Source: Chiloscyllium plagiosum
Lineage: Eukaryota
Reading direction: 5' to 3'
Assembly (NCBI RefSeq): GCF_004010195.1
Contig: NC_057719.1
Location: 82,531,417 to 82,595,416, forward strand
Length of the DNA stretch: 64,000 nucleotides
The notes beneath the pieces are model-generated. The model saw nothing but the letters and a program-made list of their open reading frames with translations, had not been told where the DNA came from and searched no databases. The first letter of the stretch is position 1. Each line of letters starts with the position of its first letter. This document shows, piece by piece, positions 13,178-25,504 of this stretch. Made by a program: the position numbers and the translations under genes.

Positions 13178-14062
13178 GTGAATTCAGTCTTCAAGTCTTA
13201 GTACGGACTTGTTAAATTCACTTTTCGTTCAAAAAAGATATCCTTATTTTGAAATAAGCCCACAGCTTGCTTAATGCAAGACAAAAGAACTGCTGCAAAG
13301 GATTCTGTCAGAGATCTTGCCTTAGTGTGTCTCTTAACAAAGTGATTTCTTTGGCAACCATTGGTGATGATCTTGACACCTGTTGTTGATGAAATGTTAG
13401 AGGGCACATTGTAAAATAAGTATGAAGTCACAGAATAACTTTGCTTTAGGGGGAGAAGACCATGCTTGGCAAGTGAACTGTGGAGTTCTTCAAACTCCAT
13501 GGATATTGTTTGAGATTTTGCCAAGAAATTTGTTACAGTGCCACGTGAACCTAGTTCTCATTGTAGAAAAGCATATAACTGTTGAACGGTTAAAGAGTTG
13601 GTTTCACAACTGGTTGTATCAAAGGAGCTGCTTTGGAATGGTGTTTAACTACGTAAGGAGTATTTCAAAGATTGATGCTGGGACCTTTTTTGGATGTGGG
13701 GATAGAAATGAAAGTGCCACCAATGTATCAAGAAGAATTGTAAATTGAAGGGATGGAAACATATCCATTTCAGGTTAGGAAGTTGAGAAATGATAAAATC
13801 TATTGTTCCTTTCTAAATTTAAGCTAATGCCTGATAATGTAGACTGTCTTCTCCACATGCCACATCCCTCCCCAAAACATTTTTCTTCCACCACCCGCTA
13901 GAGGGAATTGTCTATCTACAACAGCCCTAAACATTCCTTTAATCATAGTAAATAACGGAATTAGGTCACCCTTTACTTTTCTGTATGTTCAATTTTTTTT
14001 GTCATTAAATGTTTTAACTCCTACACCTTTTCCCATTAAAAATAGGCCATTTGTCTCATCCG

Positions 14063-14549
14063 TGTGAAACTTGAAAGGGTTCAGAAAAGATTTAGAAGAA
14101 TGTGCTAGAGTTGGAGAGTTTAAGCTAAAGGGAGAGGCTGGGGCTATTTTCCCTGGACTGTCTGAGGCTGAGCGGTGAGCTTATAAAGGTCTATTAAATC
14201 ATGAGGGGCATGGATGTGTTGAATAGCCAAGGTCTTTTTCTTGGGGTAGGGGAGTCCAAAACTAGACTGCATAGGTTTAAGGGAAGGGAAATTTTTAAAA
14301 GGCACCTGAGGGGCAATTATTTCACGCAGAGGGTGGTGTGTGTAAGGAATGAGCTGCCTGAGGAAGTGGTGGCGGTTGGTACAATTACAACATGTAAAAG
14401 ATATCCGGATAGGTACATGAATAGGAAGGCCATAGAGGGATATGGGCCAAATGCCGGCAAATGGGATGAGATTAACTTGGGATATCTGGTAGGCATAGAC
14501 GAGTTAGACCAAAGGATCTGTTTCCATGCTGTACATCTATATGTCAATA
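14063..14549 (+). mobile_element. CR1 3' end
   Basis: Near-identical organisation to 28865-29358 (gtgaaacttgaaagggttcagaaaa...ctgtttccatgctgta). Confidence 0.85.
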
Positions 14550-14879
14550 GGAATAACTCGGATTTCACCAGTTTCCTCATTTCCCCTCCCCCCAGCCTGT
14601 CTCAGTCAAATCCATCAAATTCAGCACCGCCTTCCTAACCTGCAATCTTCTTCCCGACCTCTCCGCCCCCACCCCAGTCTGACCTATCACCCTCACCTTG
14701 ACCTCTTTCCACCTATCACATTTCCGACGCCCCTCCCCCAAGTCCCTCCTCCCTATCTTTTATCTTAGCCTGCTGGACCAACTTTCCTCATTCCTGAAGA
14801 AGGGCTAATGCCCGAAACGTCGATTCTCCTGTTCCCTAGATGCTGCCTGACCTACTGCGCTTTTCCAGCAACACATTTC
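14550..14879 (+). mobile_element. Penelope-like 3' terminal fragment with 16-bp TSD
   Basis: Flanked by catctatatgtcaata at 14534-14549 and 14880-14895; pyrimidine-rich UTR followed by gatgctgcctgacc...ttttccagca. Confidence 0.85.
14794..14821 (+). ncRNA. Minimal hammerhead ribozyme core (Penelope-type)
   Basis: CUGAAGA-A-GGGC-uaau-GCCC-GAA-ACGU-C: intact core, 4-bp stem II, palindromic ACGU stem III, GUC cleavage triplet. Confidence 0.7.
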
Positions 14880-15817
14880 CATCTATATGTCAATAAGCCA
14901 GCCTTGCTGTTCAAGCTAATTGTGACTCATCACCTAACTTTTATTGCCATTTTGCCCCAATATTTCCATATCCCCTGACATTATTCTCCAGAAATCCATT
15001 TATTTTTCTTGAACAGATTCCATGATTGAGCTATGAGGAGCAGAGAATTCCAAAGATTCACCATCCTCTGAGGAAAGTAATTCCTCCTGAAATATTCTGA
15101 GATTGTATCCCTCTGTTCTGGACTCACCAGCCAGAGGAAGTGTGTTTCAATGCAATTGTTTCTCATTCTTCAACTCTAGATCCAGTTTTCTCAATCACTC
15201 CACTTGAGATGCTCCCACCATCCACCTGGAACTAGAAATGGTGTTGAAACATCATTGGTTTACACATGAATGTTGGGTGTAATGCTGATCCTTCATAGAG
15301 CACTGTTTTATCCTAATTGGATCAATGTGAAGGAAAGTAATCCTTCTAATACATAGGAATTGTATGAGATTTCAGTAGTAGATTTTGTATTCCGTTTTTA
15401 AACTGAATTAGCCAGATGGACATAAGTAATCTTATTGGTATCGTATGTCTGTTCTGTAGAGAATTGTCTTTTGTTTCGAAGTAAAAAAAATCTCAAAATG
15501 GTAGGAAAATACTCTGACTGCCATGAGTGACATAAATCAGATAAGTCTTCATTCCTACTTTTTGCTTATTTATCATATAAATGAGACTTTCATGCTAAAT
15601 GTTGCTACATTTGAGTGTTCCAATGAATGATTGCTGAATCATCAAAAGTGATTATTCTTTCAAAAAAGAGTACAGCTTAATTTCGGTTCTAGAAAAAAAA
15701 TCTGAGCACAACGACGAAAATATTGCAATGGTGCAAATAGAAACTTCATGGGATTTTAATTGTTAGACTTTTATGATTACCTCTAAAGAAGTAGATATGG
15801 GGAAACAAAGATTTGAT

Positions 15818-16034
15818 TCGCACAAAAATAGAAATTGCTGGAGAAACTCAACAGGTTCTGGCAGAATCTGTGGAAAGAAAACAATTAATGTTTTGAGTCC
15901 AGTAACCGTTCTTCAGAAGTTGGTCACTGGACTCTAAACTGTTTTCTCTGCACAGATGCTGCCAGATCTGTTGAGTTTCTCCAGCAGTTTCTTTTTTGTG
16001 TTTCAGATCTGCAGCATCCTCAGTTCTTTGCAAT
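15818..16034. mobile_element. 217-bp foldback element of two inverted Penelope-like termini with 16-bp TSD
   Basis: About 90-bp inverted arms (gctggagaaactcaacag.../...ctgttgagtttctccagc); direct repeat gaaacaaagatttgat at 15802-15817 and 16035-16050. Confidence 0.85.
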
Positions 16035-16195
16035 GAAACAAAGATTTGATAGTGAACTTAGAGTGACAGCACTACAAGAAGGAATGTGTAGTACACCCCG
16101 ACAAGTAATAATATATAATTAGATTCGTGTAAACTTTTACTTCCAGCGTGGAAATCTTGAAATTCTTTAGTTAATGATTTCTTTTCACACTTCAG

Positions 16196-17445
16196 GTTCC
16201 ACAGGAGGAATCCGCTTCCCTACACCTACAAAAACTTCTGCAGCACCTCCCAGTAGTAACGTTCCACCTCGTATTGTTCAACAAGGGATAATACCACAAA
16301 GAGGAAGGCCACGTATTATTCCTTTTACAAAAGCCATTCCTGTTGCATTAAAGGTGTCCTCTGTTGCTACGCCTGTTAACCCTGTGGGCATGGCTGTTCC
16401 CATTGTAACCACACCACAGACAAAGTTTATAACTGTTAATGCAGCCAGTAATCCTGTTGATACGACTAGTAATCCTGTCTGTGCGGGCAATCTGGTTCCC
16501 TTACAGCCAATGGGATTTGCTTTGCTACAGTTACCACCAGGGCAGAAACTTTTACCAAACACCATCATAACCACTGGGGGGCCACTGAGGTTTGTGAGTC
16601 CTCAACCTGGTGTGCCTTTGACTGAAAAAACAGACAGTGAGAAAAACAGTAAAGGAGAGGAATCTGAGAACGTTTCCAACCAGGATAGCAATAGCACCTC
16701 AGAAGAACAGTTGACTGAAGCTGGCCTTGAAGATATTCATGTTGCAGGCTCTGAGCTTGTTGAAACAACGGTGACTGAAAATTCTCCTGGAGAGGACCAT
16801 ATATGTGCAGACTCTTTACCAGAAGCTAAACTGGGAGACAAGTCTGAAGCAGCACAGTCCTCCCCTTCCTTAAGTGAGGTGGATGATGAAGTGGAAGCTA
16901 ATTCTTTGGACCAGAAAGCTGGGCTAGAAAAGTCCACCCCTGCAGAGTTGGCTGACCATTCGTACACCAGTGAAATGCACAATATGAAAGAAAATGAGAA
17001 TGGAAGTTCTTTTGTAGAGCTGGCTGACCATTTGTACACCAGTGAAATGCACATTGTGAAAGAAAGTGAGAATGTAAGTTCTTTGCAGGAGAATGCTCTG
17101 GGACCTGGCAAAGAATTGGTTGCTGAACAAGATGCCTCAGAATCTAACACTCTAACAATTGGAAATAAACCAGATAATCCATGCAGTACAAAAGAGCAAA
17201 ATGACCTGCAACATGAGAGAATGCAGATGAAGACAAAAAGCTGTAGTAGAACAAATGCTTCTGATACTTCCTTTAAGTGTGAAGAAGATATCCAAAATGA
17301 TTCAGAAAGTGAGGAATTTATGGACCTTGATTCAGATATGCAGTATACAAACAACCTGGAATCAGATAAGGATACGGACTCTCCGAGTGACATGGAGGAT
17401 GGTGAGATTCCAAGTGATATAGAGGAGATCGATATTGAGAAAATG
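16196..17445 (+). CDS. MGA: MGA large coding exon, Pro/Thr-rich then acidic (phase 1-0)
   Basis: ttcag/GT acceptor, ATG/gtgagt donor, 1250 nt open frame, phase-consistent. Confidence 0.92.
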
Positions 17446-17849
17446 GTGAGTGCTTACTTTAGTCGGTAACACAATAGCTGGCTTCACATTATCTCACTAT
17501 TTATATTTTACTATTGGAGTAATGTTGTTATTGTTCCCATTAGTTGATGGGTTGTGGTAGCTCATTTTTAATGTTGAAATTTGGATTCTATAGACATAAA
17601 GCGTGAATCCATTAAGGAACATTTGGGTAACAACTGACTATTTCCAGTTGTGCTCACAAACTGAGAATCGTCTTTCCTCCAAGTAGGCATCCAGATTATT
17701 TGAGGATGCCAAACCATAACCATAATTTAGCATTAGGCAGGTCAAGAAGGCACGCCTCAATTCTAGCTCAATTGCAATGAATTTCTGCTGTACCTTTTGT
17801 AGAATATACAGACTGAGGGTCAGGGTATCAGTTGTTTGGGTGTGGTTGT

Positions 17850-18470
17850 TTATAAATGTGGTGCAAATCAAGTAAGCTGCTTTGTCCTGGATGCTGGCAA
17901 GCTTTGTGTTGGTGCTACATTTATCCAGGCACATGGGGAGTATTCCATCATTCCATTCCGGAGTTGTGCCAGAAGGTGAGTTACTGTTACACGATTCCCA
18001 GCCTGTAATATTTTCTTGTAGCCATAGGATTTGTATGACCAGTCTAATTCAATTTTTACCCAGTGGAAGCTCCCATGATGATGGTAGTGGAGCTGCAGCA
18101 ATGGTAATGCCATTGACTGACTGTCAAGAGGTTAGATTTTCTGTTGTGCGGGGTGGTCATTGCCTGGCATTCGGTGCAAGTGTTATGTCTCGCCAGCCTG
18201 GATATTGTTTAGGTCTTCCCACAAAGGAACATAGTCTGCTGTAGTATTCAAGGAGTCCTAAATGGTGCTGAACATTTGTGCAGCATTCCCACTTCTGACC
18301 TTAGAGGGAAGATCATTGAAGCAACTGAGCTTTTGTCCTTGGATGCTACGTTGAGTAACTCCCATAGTGATGTCCTGGGACTGAGATTACTGACAAGCAA
18401 CAACAACATTTGTGCTAGGTTTGACTCCATTTGGTAGAGTTTTCCCCAGTTCCCACTTGCATTAGTGCTG
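17850..18470 (-). mobile_element. Fragment of the second LINE family
   Basis: Similar to 11900-12400 and to the reverse complement of 20900-21130 (IQDKAA.LI motif). Confidence 0.65.
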
Positions 18471-18869
18471 CTTGGATGGAAAATGCATGAAGGAGTATAA
18501 ATCCTTAATTACCTGTATAATCAAAAACGCTTTCATTTGACTCCCGTGTAAAAGGGAAACATCTGTATTGCTGTATGTTCTCCATGGGTTTACTGTTACT
18601 CAGTAGCCTGTGACATGATGCATCTTTGGTTCTTCAGTCACACTGGTACTACATATAGTAAAGCTAGCAAGGTGAGGCTGCTCATGCAAAATTTAATTCT
18701 TTAGTTGCACAGTCACCAAGAAATCATTTAATAATAGGGATCCAATTCAAAAACATGTTCTCATTGATTGAGGATACATTCTTGGGTACCAGCTCTTTGA
18801 AAGATGTTTGTCATCAATAATAAAAGGAAAATACTTTGGATACAGATTAAAGAAATATTTGAATTGTTG

Positions 18870-19292
18870 AAAGCGTTCAGAAAAGATTTACAAGGATGTT
18901 GCCAGGATTGGAGGGTTTGAGCTATAGGGAGAGTCTGAATCAGTTGGGGTATTTTCCCTGGAGTGTTGTAGGCTGAGGGGTGACCTTTATAGAGGTTTAT
19001 GAAATCATGAGGGGCATGGATAGGGTAAATAGGTAAGGTCTTTTCCCCTAGGTTGAGGTGTCCAAAAGAAGAGGGTGTAGGTTTAGGGTGAGAATGAGCT
19101 GCCAGAGGAAGTAGTGGAGGCTGGTACGATTACAATATTTGAAAGGCATCTGGATGCCTAAATGAATGGGAAGCGTTTAGAGGGATATGGCCCAAGTGCT
19201 GGCAAATGAGACTAGGTTAATCTAAGATATCTGGTCGGCACAGACTAGTTGGATCAAAAGGTCTGTTTCCGTGCTGTATGTCTCTATGACTT
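18870..19292 (+). mobile_element. CR1 3' end
   Basis: Same family as 14063 and 28865; ends in gtgctgtatgtctctatgact. Confidence 0.85.
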
Positions 19293-19359
19293 GGCAGGTC
19301 TGCTAGTAATGTAATTAATTGTTCATTGGCATTGAGAAATTATATCAGCATTGAAGCAA

Positions 19360-21530
19360 ATCATTACAAAGCCTGATAAAAGAAATGAAACTGGACAGAC
19401 CACCTGGCAGCCAAAGCACTGGAAACTGAATTGACACTCTCTCTTACTTGCACCACACACTCTAAATTCACACTAAGCAATAGCCTGACAGTCCTTTCAC
19501 AGAATCATTCTTCACAGGCAATGCTCTGAATACCATTATCACTATCTCTGGGTATGCCTTTTTACATCAGTAGGATGGACCCACCACAGGTGGTGCACAG
19601 TGATATACAATTGGGAGAGAGTTGGTATGGGAGCCCTCATTGTTGTCTGTAGACCCCATGAAGTCTCCTGGTATCAGACTAAACATGGGGAAGGAAACTT
19701 TCAACTAATGACCATTTACACTCAGTCTAAACTGATTTAGTTCTCCTTCATGTTGAACACTGCTTGGAGGATGGACCTAGAGTGGTAATAGCATAGAATG
19801 TACTCTGGCTGTGGGATTTCATTGTCTGCTGTCAAAATTGGCTTGGTAACACCATTATTGATCTGAGCTGGCTGAATCCTTAAGGCTATACCTGCGAGAT
19901 TAAGTCTGTGGCATATAGTGATGGAACTAGTGAAGGGAGGGGGAAAATCTGTTGACCTCCTTCTCTACTTGTAGTACATGCATCTCTCCTTGTCTGTATC
20001 AGCAGGAATGGACACCACACAGTCCTTGTGGAGACAATGTCTCATCTTGCCATTAAGAACATCCTTCATAAAGAATTGTAGTATTACTGCTTCGTTAAAC
20101 TAGACAGCGTGAGCAGCGCTACCAACTCAGAGTTGGACATCCATGAGGCATTATAGGCCATCAGCAGCAAAAGAATGTTATTCAATCACAATTTGCCACC
20201 TCACTCCACCATTACCATCAAGCCAGGGGATCAACCCTAGTTTAATGAATAGTGGAGGAGGACATGCAAGGAGCAGCTCCAGTCATAGTGAAAAATGAGA
20301 TGTCACCCTAATGAAGCTATAGCACGGGACTACTTGCATGTTAAGCAACTTAAATTGAATAAATAACAAGCATAAGCTAAACAGAGCGAGCTATAAGTAT
20401 TCCCACAACCAGCAGCTTGTATCTAAGCTCTGCATGTAGCCATTTGTGGCATTAGGATACTGTACTGCTAGCAAAGCGGAAGTTGATGGGAGTCAGGGGC
20501 GCGGGTGGAGATCAGGGGAGTTTGAATCTGTTTCATACTAGCATAAATTTATAAGTGTTGTGGTTATGGCAGTTGATCATCTTAGCCATAGGACATCATT
20601 GCTGGTGTTAGTCAGAGTCGTGTCCTTGGCCCAACCATCTCCATGTAAAGCCAGAGATGATATTGTGCAGTTATCAGCAAACATTGAGATGTCACAAATG
20701 GTGTTGAACCGATACTGAAATAGTTCCTGTCAAAAGCAGCAAGATACAGGCAACATACAGGCTTGGGCTGATGTGTGGCAACAATGTGTTACTTGCGACT
20801 TGAATGCCAGGCAATGACCATCTCCCAACAAGAAAGAATCCAGCCTTCATGCCCTGGCATTACTTAATCAATAATGAATTCCAGCGTTATCATCATCCTG
20901 GGGTTCTCATTGACCAGAAACTGAAATTGCTCGGCCAGATAAATAATGTGGTAATAACGGCAGTTCAGGGACTGGATATTCTGCGATGAGTAACTTACTT
21001 CCTGACTCCTCAAATCCTGTCTCTCACCTACAAGGCACAAGTCAGGAGTATATTGGAATTCTATCCCCTAGCCTGAATGTTACTTGCCTCCAACAACACC
21101 TAAGGGTTTTGACACTTAGAACAAAGCTATCTGCTTGATTGGGCATCTAAAATTTTCAATACACTTTCTATCATTATTGCACATGGATAGTTTGTACCTT
21201 CAAAGAGGTGCACTGCAACAACTCTCTGAAGCTCAGTACACAAGCCTGAAATCTCTCATCTATAAGGAGAAAATTGGATATGCAGGAGCACCACCACTTA
21301 CGAATTCCATCCAAGTCACTCACCATTCTGACTTGGAACTATAACTCCGCTCCTTCAATGTCCCTGGGTCAAAATCCTGAAAATTCCTCCTTTGCAACAC
21401 CATGAGTTCTGCCTACATCATATGGAATGCAATACTTCAATGAGGTAACTTGCCATCACCTTCTCAAAAGCAGTGAGAGATGAGCAATAAATGTTGGCAT
21501 AGCCTGCAATACCCATTTCCCATGATTTGT
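19360..21530 (+). mobile_element. Second LINE family, internally deleted copy
   Basis: Starts gaaatgaaactggacagaccacctggc like 48655 and 49686; contains tgggatttcattgtc (GDFNV-like); ends with caccttctcaa...gatgagcaataaatgttggc. Confidence 0.75.
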
Positions 21531-21856
21531 AAATTTGAACTAGTTATATCATGTAGGTCTTTGATAATGACGTGGAACAGATTGACCTCTTAAATTTGAT
21601 TTATTAAAATTTTTAATAAAATTCAGGATTCTTGTGTTATTGTGGTAGTTATAGCTTGATTTGTTAATTCCTTGAAGAACTGGCTTGAATTTGAACTTGC
21701 AAAAATTTTTATTTTGTTGTGTAATGTAGTTACTTTGAATTTCAGTTTTGTCCTCCTTTCGTCATATCAAATACAGGTTGGGGATATTCTATTGTGAGAG
21801 TGGTTAGAATTTTTCCTACTGTTTATAGTCTAACTTTTTGAAAACCTCATTTGCAG

Positions 21857-21972
21857 TTTGACTCAACCTCCAGTGAAGAGGCTGTGGATATTGAGACAGT
21901 GGACGAACTCTCTGAGAAAATCAACATTGCACGTCTTATTGCTTCTGCTTCCCACCATCGTACCAAAGCCAA
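21857..21972 (+). CDS. MGA: MGA coding exon (phase 0-2)
   Basis: ttgcag/TTT acceptor, AA/gtatga donor; EEAVDIETVDELSEKINIARL matches MGA VDIETVEELSE.IN.A.L. Confidence 0.92.
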
Positions 21973-22069
21973 GTATGAAAGTGTGTTTTTAATTGAAAAG
22001 GCATTGAATGCTGGCTTGCATTTTTGTGCAACTGTACCTTTCATTTGATATTGCATGACTTACTTGTGC

Positions 22070-22635
22070 GTAAATAGTACTTAAGGAACATAAAAATTAT
22101 GAGCAGTTCCATTTTTTTTCCATAAGGTCTTGGCTGATCTATTTGTGTTTGAAATGTAACATTCTTATCAACCGGATAACCTTTGATTCCCTCACACAAG
22201 AACTTAGCCACCCGTGTCTTCAAAATATTAAATGACCCCACCTCTACTGCCTTTTTAGACTGTGTTCTAAAGTCATACTACACTCAGAAAACCATTTTTC
22301 TCATTATTCAAAATGGAAGATCTCTTAACTAGAGGACACAATTTTAAAATTGTGCCCTCTAGTTCTGAACTTGACAGTAAGAGTAAACATCCTTTCCATG
22401 TCCATCATGTCAATTTAGGATCCTATGTACTTCAGTCATGTTACCCCTCACACTTCTGGAGTGGAATTGAGCCTAGCCTGTCCAATCTCCTCTTAGAGGA
22501 TCCAAGTCATTCTAGGTACAGAACCAGTAAACCACCTTAGACCTACTTCTGACATATCATCTCCTTCCTTCAAGTAAGGAGATGAAAGCTGCACATAATA
22601 TTTCTGATGTGGTTTCATTAATGCCTTTTATAACA
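22070..22635 (-). mobile_element. Old CR1 3' fragment
   Basis: Reverse complement resembles a CR1 tail and C-terminus; similar to 55310-55920. Confidence 0.6.
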
Positions 22636-23150
22636 AACTCAGATTTGGTAGCATCTGTCTGGGGCGGGGGAGGAATGAAATTACCATTTCAAGCCCAAAA
22701 CAATTCTAAGTTGCAGTGGCTGAAGAAACATCACCTCATTTTTTGATTAAGGCACTTCACTACTATCAGGGCTCAACATTGAGTTCAACCACTTCAGAAT
22801 GTGGAAATTCTCCATTTTGTTGCACAGACACTGATGAAGAGAGACAGACACGCAGTCTTATTAACTTGGCTTGCTTTCAGCAGAGTTAATCTATGTTCTG
22901 CTGTTAGCACCAACCATTCATGCACAGCTATTCTTCAATTGTATCCCTACTGCCATTTCCCTTTTGTTTTGGGTACCCTCACCATCTCTTCCACTGTTCA
23001 TCCAACCGCTTTTGTTAACTGTGTAAGAATCTTCATTTACCAACTGTTTTTTTCAGTTCCCAAGAAGACCTATATTTAACTTGAAAAATTTACACACACT
23101 TTCTGTCCATAGATACTACCAGATCTGAGCTTTTTCTAGCATTTTCTATC
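22636..23150 (+). mobile_element. Penelope-like fragment: inverted terminus + GIY-YIG C-terminus + 3' terminus
   Basis: With frameshifts, 22722-22798 reads EEHHLIF*LGTSLLSGLNIEFNHFR (Penelope endonuclease end). Ends are inverted: ctcagatttggtagcatct / agatactaccagatctgag. Confidence 0.65.
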
Positions 23151-23260
23151 CTTACCATTATGTCCCATTCATCTCAATAAAGGTTACCATCTTATTTGCT
23201 TCGCAGTTACATGCTTTACCTGTGTACAAACTTTTTGTGACTCATGCACTATAATCACAG

Positions 23261-23569
23261 GATTCCTACAGTGTGGAAACAGGCCATTTGCCCCAACAAG
23301 TGCACACTGACCCTCCAAAAAGTAATCCACCCAGACCCATTCCCCTTCTCTATTATCCTACATTTACCCCTGGCTAATGCACTTAACCTACACTATGGGC
23401 AATTTAGCATGGCCAATTAACCTAACCTGCACATGTTTGGATTGTGGGAGGAAACAGGAATACCTGGAGGAAACCCATGCAGACATGGGTTGTCTGAGGC
23501 TGGAATCAAACCCTGGTCCCTAGCACTGAGAGGCAGCAGTGCTAACCACTTGAACCACCGTGCCATCCC
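23261..23569 (-). mobile_element. tRNA-derived SINE (HE1-like)
   Basis: Reverse complement starts gggatggcacggtggttcaagtggttagcactgctgcctc; same family as 11056. Confidence 0.88.
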
Positions 23570-24862
23570 ACTACAACATCTAATTCTCTCTACACTTCAG
23601 ATTTTGCTTGTTGTTATCTGTTCAATTAACAATCTGCTTCACTTTTCTGCTAAAATGAACATCTTCATATTTTGCTATACTAAAATCCATTTGGCAGATT
23701 TTTGCCTGCTACAGTGTTCTCTGTGACCTCCCTTATGTCATCTTCACAACATTCTTTGTGCTTATCATTCTACTATGCCTTCACTACCCTCATCTAAAGC
23801 ATTGATGTAAATGGTAAATAGCTGAGGTGTCTGAACACAGCATCTGGAGGACCTACATGCGAGCACTCATACACGCACACCTGTTGGTTATGATTTGGCT
23901 TGTCCCAATCTTCAAGAGTTGCATTGCACCATCATCTCTGCAACAAAGGTTTCTGGTTAAATTCTATAGGTGGATGAATACAAGTAGCATGAGAGAAGTA
24001 TGGCGAGCCATTGACTTAATTCTGATGGCGATGAAAATTATTGAACTTTACTGTACAATGCAGGCATATTCCAGCTATAGTTCCTACAGGATCAGTGGTT
24101 TTACCAGAATGTTGGAGAAACTTGGGTCCAGCAGCATCTATGGAGGACGAATCAGAGTTAACTTTTGAACTGGTTATGACTCTTTAGAACAGCATCTTTT
24201 CCTTAGCATTATGAAAAGATGTGGAAGCAGTGGATGAGATTTTCTACACTTTGAAAAGAATACAAATCTGAGGACAAAACAACTTGTACTGCCCTTGCAG
24301 ACCTATACAAAGTGTGCAGGGGCTTTGGACCAAATTACTTATCTGTCTGTTCAGGCAAGGTACGGGGTAGGAAAAGGTGTGGCAACCAGTAAGCCCTAAT
24401 GATAACACCCTAAACATCCAAGCAGCTTTGTCTTATGCTTATATTTCATATTCATTTAGCTCTGTTACTATTTTGCTGTGCTGAAAGTTTGTAAAAGCCT
24501 TTTTCCAGGCCTTGGTTTAATGGATCCTAAATTATCAGCATGAACAAATAATAGAAACAGCCTGATGTGTGCAAATTATGTGAAATTAGAATTAAGTATC
24601 ATTTAGGTATGTTTCATACATATGTACTCTGAATAATTGGAGAAGTTGAGCATTGCTTGTGCAATTAACTTAACACCCTTCTAAATTTTCATACATTAAG
24701 GTTTTGTCTTCTTTTGTGTTGAAGTTGATCGATCAGTCTCGTCATTGGCAAAATTTGTTAGTGAGAAAATATCAAGATCTCTTGTCAGGAGAAAGTATCA
24801 AGATTTATTTTCTACCTCCACATGAGTGGTGTAAAATAATCTTTGTTTTATCTTGTTTCCAG

Positions 24863-24926
24863 ATGTCACTTCCATAATCCGTACCTTATTAAAAAAGCCC
24901 CAGAGGAGGAACCCAAACCCAAAGAG
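24863..24926 (+). CDS. MGA: MGA small coding exon (phase 2-0)
   Basis: tttccag/A acceptor, GAG/gtaagc donor; (K)CHFHNPYLIKKAPEEEPKPKE; exactly reconciles the phase of the flanking exons. Confidence 0.87.
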
Positions 24927-25239
24927 GTAAGCAATAATGTAGAGAATATTAGTGTGGGGGAAGGTTCAGAGTCCAAAAAGTTTAATTAATCTTTGAGGGA
25001 GACCGTGATTGTACATGAAAAGCTGGGTAGGAGGCCTACTAAATCTGGAATAGCAATTGGTTTCTTTTAGCAGTGTGGGTTTACATACTTTAGTTAGACT
25101 CATGGAAATATTTATTGGAAAGTCTGCAGTTGTAAAAGGTTAACCTTCAGAGGTTTTGTAGATTCTGTTTCATTGAATAGCAAGTGACTTCAGAAATGTA
25201 CTTAATGGAAATATTCTGTACTGTATTTTTCCCCTATAG

Positions 25240-25425
25240 AAACCTAACCCATTTCTCAGTAAAGAAATAAAAGCTCAACTGGATGCTCTGGTGGTATATC
25301 GGACTGCACATACAGTAAATGAGAGGCGGAGGCGCTTTGTGATGAGAAACCTCTTTGAAAAATTGAAGAGAACCCTGGGGCTGCGCAAGGAACAGAGAGC
25401 CTCAAAGTATTACATTCTCAAACAG
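25240..25425 (+). CDS. MGA: MGA exon: bHLH basic region, helix 1 and loop (phase 0-0)
   Basis: ctatag/AAA acceptor, CAG/gtttgt donor; YRTAHTVNERRRRFVMRNLFEKLKRTLGLRKEQRASKYYILKQ. Not in the ORF track. Confidence 0.96.
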
Positions 25426-25504
25426 GTTTGTAAAATGCTTTGCATTTAACTATATTTAAATAGCAAAGTTTACTGCTGTGTTTTGTTATCATTCAAGCAC
25501 GGAA

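Noticed and set aside
16737-17393. 218-aa antisense ORF, and similar ones at 9075-9416 and 60493-60747
   Set aside because: Shadow frames opposite MGA exons, with no independent coding signal.
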